A stretch of 64,000 nucleotides of DNA from Eledone cirrhosa. Its lineage: Eukaryota. How positions within the stretch are numbered: position 1 is the first letter of the stretch; the number at the start of each line of letters is the position of its first letter. The stretch is from the NCBI GenBank assembly GCA_964016885.1, contig CAXHJY010001677.1:62001-126000 (forward strand). Direction: 5' to 3'. Positions 58,751-64,000 of this stretch are shown here, one piece after another. The notes under the pieces are model-generated. The model made no database searches. It saw only the letters and a program-made list of their open reading frames with translations, and was not told where the DNA came from. Both the position numbers and the translations under genes were made by a program.

Positions 58751-59398
58751 TACGCTCGCATACGCTTTTGTCAGCACGTATTGCGTGTATATATATATTT
58801 TTTTTTTTATAGATATATGTTTCTCATAGATATATGTGTATGTACGCGTATACCTTGTTTGTTTTCTTTCCTTTTCTTTTCTCTTCTCTAGTGTTTATTT
58901 GACTACTTTCTCTTTTTCTTTTTCTCTTTCATTTAAATATTGTTCCATTTTTATAAATATATCGAGAATGACACTTTCTTTTAACTATAACACTCCCTTA
59001 CCTCTTTATCTTCCACATATAAGTAATCGCGCGTGTATGTGTGTTTATACGCGTGCCTTCATATTCTTATATGTATTTAACACCCTGTTTATGTATACAT
59101 GTCAACTAGATTATAAATTTATTTTCAACTTATATTATATCCGTATTTGTGGTTACATATACACAAATATACATGCCCTCATATATATATTTACGGACAC
59201 ATTTTCACCATACACACGCATTTGTATATACATACATATGTACATTTGTGAGTGTATATACATACATATACACACACCTAACTATATTTCCTTATATTTT
59301 TTATATATTTTATATGTCTATTGCATTACTTTTATTTATATATATATAATTTTTTTTTTGCTTTTCTTGAGGAGACATTCCAAATATTTCACTATGTT
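58751..59398 (+). repeat. Inverted pseudo-LTR at the 5' truncation of family B
   Basis: Near-identical to 1559-2209 (ORF 58836.. matches 1642..), so it is inverted relative to the element's own 3' UTR at about 55861-56512. Confidence 0.9.
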
Positions 59399-59585
59399 CG
59401 TTTACCCTAGCGTCCCCCTTATTTACGTGTCCCAACGACTTTTGTTTAGCCGTTGCTCGCACCAACCTGAGGTATATAGCCTTTAATGCGACGAAATGCC
59501 TACGACGGTTGGATGGCCACTGATGAGGACAAACTTTTTCATATATATATATATACATTCAAATATATATACATACATATATATT

Positions 59586-59679
<94 letters not shown>

Positions 59680-61156
59680 AATATATATATATATACATAT
59701 ATATAGAATTCACAAGAATCAAAGCTATGTTCAAAGCATTTATTCACTTACAATTGTTTCATCCAAACCTAGGCTTGGTGGTCTTCGGAACATTTTTCAA
59801 TGTTTGTAGACATGATTGACCTCCTTTCCAACGCAATTGACATGCAGCTACATATGTATATATTTATGTACAGTGGAGTGACATATATTATATTATATTT
59901 CTGTATAGCAATTCAAATTCAAAATCAAAATCACATTAAAACAAATTCAAGGCAAAATTAAAGTTTAATCAGCAGTTAATATAGATAATATAAGAGGATA
60001 GTTTGTTAGTCAGGTGTAGTAGTTATTTAAGTTATTTTATGCGTTAGTTACACGTGGGAATGCACGTGTGTCTCATTCATATATGATTATTGTGCTGCAG
60101 GGTGTTACATGTAATAGAAGCACTTAAAGCGGGTAAGTAAGAGTATTATGGAGGTTGTGGTGTAATCTATTTTTTGTATATGATACATAAGTAGGCGTGC
60201 AGAGAAATAGTATAAAGGAGAAGCAAAAGAAAGTTATGGTTTTTGTATCCACAACCATTTTCACATTCAAGAAACGTAATATATAGTTTATACATCCTTC
60301 ACATAAATAACGATTATTCCGTATTGGATGTTTGATGCATTAAATTAAATTATGTTAGCACTGTTGCGGCTCAGTGTTCTTTAATCCAATTTTATAGAGC
60401 AGGTTGTTTCTGTTGCGAGAATTTGCATCGGTTTATTATCCGGAAGTATGTGTTAATGCGTAAGGAGAGGTAACTAGCTGATTTCTATAACTAAATTTAT
60501 TATTCCAACATACGTTGTAAGGTGTCTCAATTGAGTCCCTTATATAGACGGTTATATATTCATTTTCCAATTTTAAGTATTCTATTTTTAATTACAATCT
60601 ACTCTATCATGAAGTACTAAAGGTATCTATATTAGGATGATTACTCTTTATCATAGAGTGCTACAACTGAATATTCCATACAAAGAGCCACATCTTTATA
60701 TCAAAGTTCTTTGCAAATGTAATCTACTCACAGTACCTGTCAGGGGACCTATTAGAACTACGTCTATATAACCCCTGGTAAGTTCTGGGGCAGCGTATGA
60801 CTGACTGCATGGCAAAACTAAATACATCTCTACGGCAGACCAAAAAGCATCCCTCACTTACAATGTCATTAATCCATGCATCAAGTTATACATGCATATA
60901 TAACTCACATAGCACTCATACACAATTCATTGCACTCAACATATAGGTTATACAGATCTCTTATGTGAAAAAATTCATCTTATATATATCCAATGATAGC
61001 ACTCCATACATAGAAATACATTTGCACAAATAATCCATTGTCGAATCTGGTATTTAAAGTTTACATAGACTGTATTGTATCACTATATAATTATAAGTAA
61101 TTGAAAGTAATTATACTAAAAGTAGGGGTACATGGGGATATTTCTAGTGTATAAAA

Positions 61157-61690
61157 TTATAGATAGGTGGAACGATTTGTGTTAAGATAGGGTGGATCAG
61201 TGAGTGTAGAGTTATGGTGTAAGGTGTGCCCCTGATGTGTAGTGCTAGAAGTGGTGATGGGTTCAAGCCTGACATTTCTATATATTGGGTTTAAAGTTTT
61301 GGAAGGAGTGTCGGAAGCGGTGCTGGCACGACGCGAATACTTCCGATTTTTATTAAGGAGGTTATGGTTTGAGAAGATTATAGTATGGGTGTCTAGTAGA
61401 CAGAGGTTAAAAAATGTATTAGGTGGTTTGTACGATGACGCCTTAACTATCACTTCCCATTTAAGTGTATAAGATCTATTTTTAGTTTTTAGATAGTGTA
61501 TGTAGCTAGATAGTGAAGTGGAGTTGGCTAGACTGTGTTTTTTGAAAGAATGGAGGTGCGAATTGTATCTGGTTTTAAAGCAGTTTGAAGTAGAGCCTAT
61601 ATAGGTTTCAGAAGAGTTGCTAGTTATGACAGTACATGAGTAAATGATATCCTTGATTAAGCATTTTTTATCTAAAGGGCAGGTTCTACT
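61157..61690 (-). pseudogene. PLE GIY-YIG fragment (another B/C-like family)
   Basis: CPLDKKCLIKDIIYSC...YIGSTSNCFKTRYNSHLHSF...STSLSSYI. Confidence 0.85.
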
Positions 61691-62345
61691 AGAAAGCGCA
61701 GCCAAAAATCGCCAAATTGAATCTCAACCTAACGGGAGATTATTAAATATAAAGTTTTACATATACATAAAGTTATAGATATATATATGTTGCAACCGGT
61801 CACTTTTAAGCTCTATGAAGAATTAATAAATTTGGCTGCGCTTTCTGGCAGCAAGCCTACCCGCCGTAAGCAACCAATCACATTCTTTCTAGCTTGACCA
61901 CAGCCACATAGCGATACTTAGCCATTTTTTAATCTAATTTTGGCGCGATCGGGTTGAAAAACTAGATGTCTGATTTTGAGTTTGTCTCCTGATGAATCCT
62001 AACTCAGGACATCCCTATTATTTGGATGTCTAAAAATACGGATGAAACCATGGTAGAGATTTAATTACGGTATGTACGCATTTCTTCTAAGTTTAATTTT
62101 ACACCTAATTGTGTATGGTTGATGATATATTTAGTCAGTTTCTACATGCTGTCGAAATGTTGGATAAATACCCTATTGGGGCCACCGCGAAGAGGCCACT
62201 CTAGGTTATTTGTCGGAGATTTCTTCATAAGAGCCTTTCTTCTTATAGCTTGGTCTAATTGATTTTTTATATGGTTAATTATGCTAATTAGAACAGGGAA
62301 ATAGTATATATTTTATCTAATAATTCTAAGGACATGATTTATGAT
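61690..62345 (+). mobile_element. Diverged relative of the ~720 bp non-coding HHR element, with a 5' inverted segment
   Basis: Shares cttagccattttttaat, ttttacacctaatt and ggttatttgt.ggagatttcttcata with 19470-20000. 61710-61830 is the reverse complement of about 19310-19515. Confidence 0.8.
61985..62059 (+). ncRNA. Type I HHR with extended stem II
   Basis: TCTC-CTGATGA-ATCC...GACATCC ctattattt GGATGTC...GGAT-GAAA-CCATGG-TA-GAGA. Confidence 0.88.
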
Positions 62346-62348
62346 ATA

Positions 62349-62404
<56 letters not shown>

Positions 62405-64000
62405 GTTTTGCGAGGTTTTTATATGAAATCGTGTGTCGAAACAAATATTGTTATATTTGAGGAGGGTCATATTTGTGTAATATTGCCAGAATTAATAACA
62501 GAACACATTCACTGTTTGGTTGGTTTTCGCTTCTCGCTATCTTTTATATCGGTAATCTAACTTACTCGGTCCTCAATGTTGCCATTGACTGACCGACGGT
62601 CAAAAATAATACAGATACAATATAGACACAAACACATATTTATAGTTTATCATAAATCTTTCGTTGCACATCTGCAACATCGTCAGTGGTGTTATAATTT
62701 CCTACTGTTGTGTTGTATGTCTACGCCATTTTTATTCAGTCTGTCTATATATTTATTTATTTATTTGCTTGTTTGTTTATTTTATTTCGTTTCTTTGCGC
62801 ATGCGTTTGCGTGTGTGTATAGTGTTATGTTTGCTGTGTGATGGGTGACTAGTGTGTGTTTATGTGCTTGTTGTTATTGTGCTTGTGTATGTATTTATTT
62901 ATTTATTTATCTTATTTTATTTACTTATTTATACTTCTCTTAGGTCAGTGTTGTTTGTTTGGGTGTTGTTGTTATTCCATTCATTCTTTCTGTTTAGCTT
63001 TGGTCTTCTAATTTCTATTTCACTGGCCTCTCTGATTTGCCTATCTGCTAGGTCATTTCTATGTTTAGATATTATTCTAATTTTTATGTTGTCTATGTTA
63101 CCGTCATGTTGTTGTCTAGCATGTTCGTATAGTACTGAGCCGTTTTTTCGTCCTTTTAGTTCCCCCCAGTGTTGGTCTATCCTTTCACCTATGCTACGAG
63201 CTGTCTCACCTATGTATGTTGTTGTCATGTTTCTGCAAGTACCCTCTGTACATCTTATGCTATAGACTACGTTTCTAGTTTTACAGTTTATCCTGGGGTT
63301 CACCTTACATATGATACATTTCCTATTGGTACAGTGGGTTTTCTTAAAAGGGTAGGTTTTGCTGATCAGGGATTTTATGGTGGTTCCTGGCTTTTCTACC
63401 ACCTTTATTTTTAAGTGGGTCTTTCTCAGGGCCTTTCTACACTGGCTAGCTAATTTCCCTCCAGGAGTGGCGTCCACAAACATGACACTCTGGTATCTCT
63501 GGTTGTCGTACCATGAGGTTGCTTTCCCTATCTTATGTCTAGCCCTATCTAAGCTATTCCATGATTTGCTCCTGTATAATGGGAAAATTCCTTTCATGTC
63601 CAGTTCTATGAGGGTCTTATACTTTTCCATGGCTCCGTCGTATACTCTGACTCTGTCTCTTTGGTTGTAGCCAGAGAACTGCATGCGGTTGATGAAGTGT
63701 TGGATGTGTCTTTCCATTTCTGTTGCGTCGCACATGCTGGACACATTCTTCATCACTCGTACCAAATCTGCGATCAGAATATTAAACTTAGCACAACTGG
63801 ACATTGCTGAGTTTTTGAGTATCAGGTATTTGGAGGCCATGGGTTTAGCATAGTGTGAGTGGAGAATTTGGGCTCTCTCGTCTATAGTGTTAATCCAGAG
63901 TTCTGTGTCTAATACAGGTAGTCTATTGTTAGGGTGTTTGGAAGGGAAGTCGATAGTTACAGTTATACTCTGGTGTATGGAATTAGCTATCTGCTGGATG
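62405..64000 (-). mobile_element. PLE subfamily A' (diverged relative of A), running off the window edge; HHR-like motif at 62649-62690
   Basis: ORF 62929..63840 is homologous to family A thumb plus GIY-YIG. The 3' tail encodes MTLLKYNNICFDTRFHIKNLAK, like the family A N-terminus. Motif CTGACGA-t-GTTGCA gatg TGCAAC-GAAA. Confidence 0.92.

Noticed and set aside
59700-61150. Unique-looking AT-rich interval as a host exon or another ribozyme
   Set aside because: No ORF in the track and no HHR core with pairing stems found by eye. Left unannotated.

Overview
Eukaryotic, AT-rich, repeat-only DNA with no recognisable host gene. A tRNA-derived SINE resembling octopus SINEs suggests a cephalopod host (inference from memory, not a search). 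The window is a nest of retroelements embedded in long (TA)n microsatellites: at least four families of Penelope-like elements (PLEs; RT plus C-terminal GIY-YIG endonuclease), CR1-like and RTE-like LINE fragments, and a SINE. Positions 1-23710 are duplicated as a near-identical inverted copy at 34283-58069 around a 10.6 kb spacer, forming a giant palindrome that is either real or an assembly artefact. The most striking signal is non-coding. About 34 type I hammerhead ribozyme (HHR) motifs from about 11 sequence families can be folded by eye, counting mirror copies and a few degenerate ones. They include two retrozyme-like tandem arrays (310 bp and 591 bp units, one HHR per unit), a ~720 bp non-autonomous HHR element with covarying stems, and three distinct HHR families with a compensatory U3-A8 core (TTGAnAA) in place of canonical C3-G8 (CTGAnGA). 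The IYIY-type ORFs are microsatellite artefacts.
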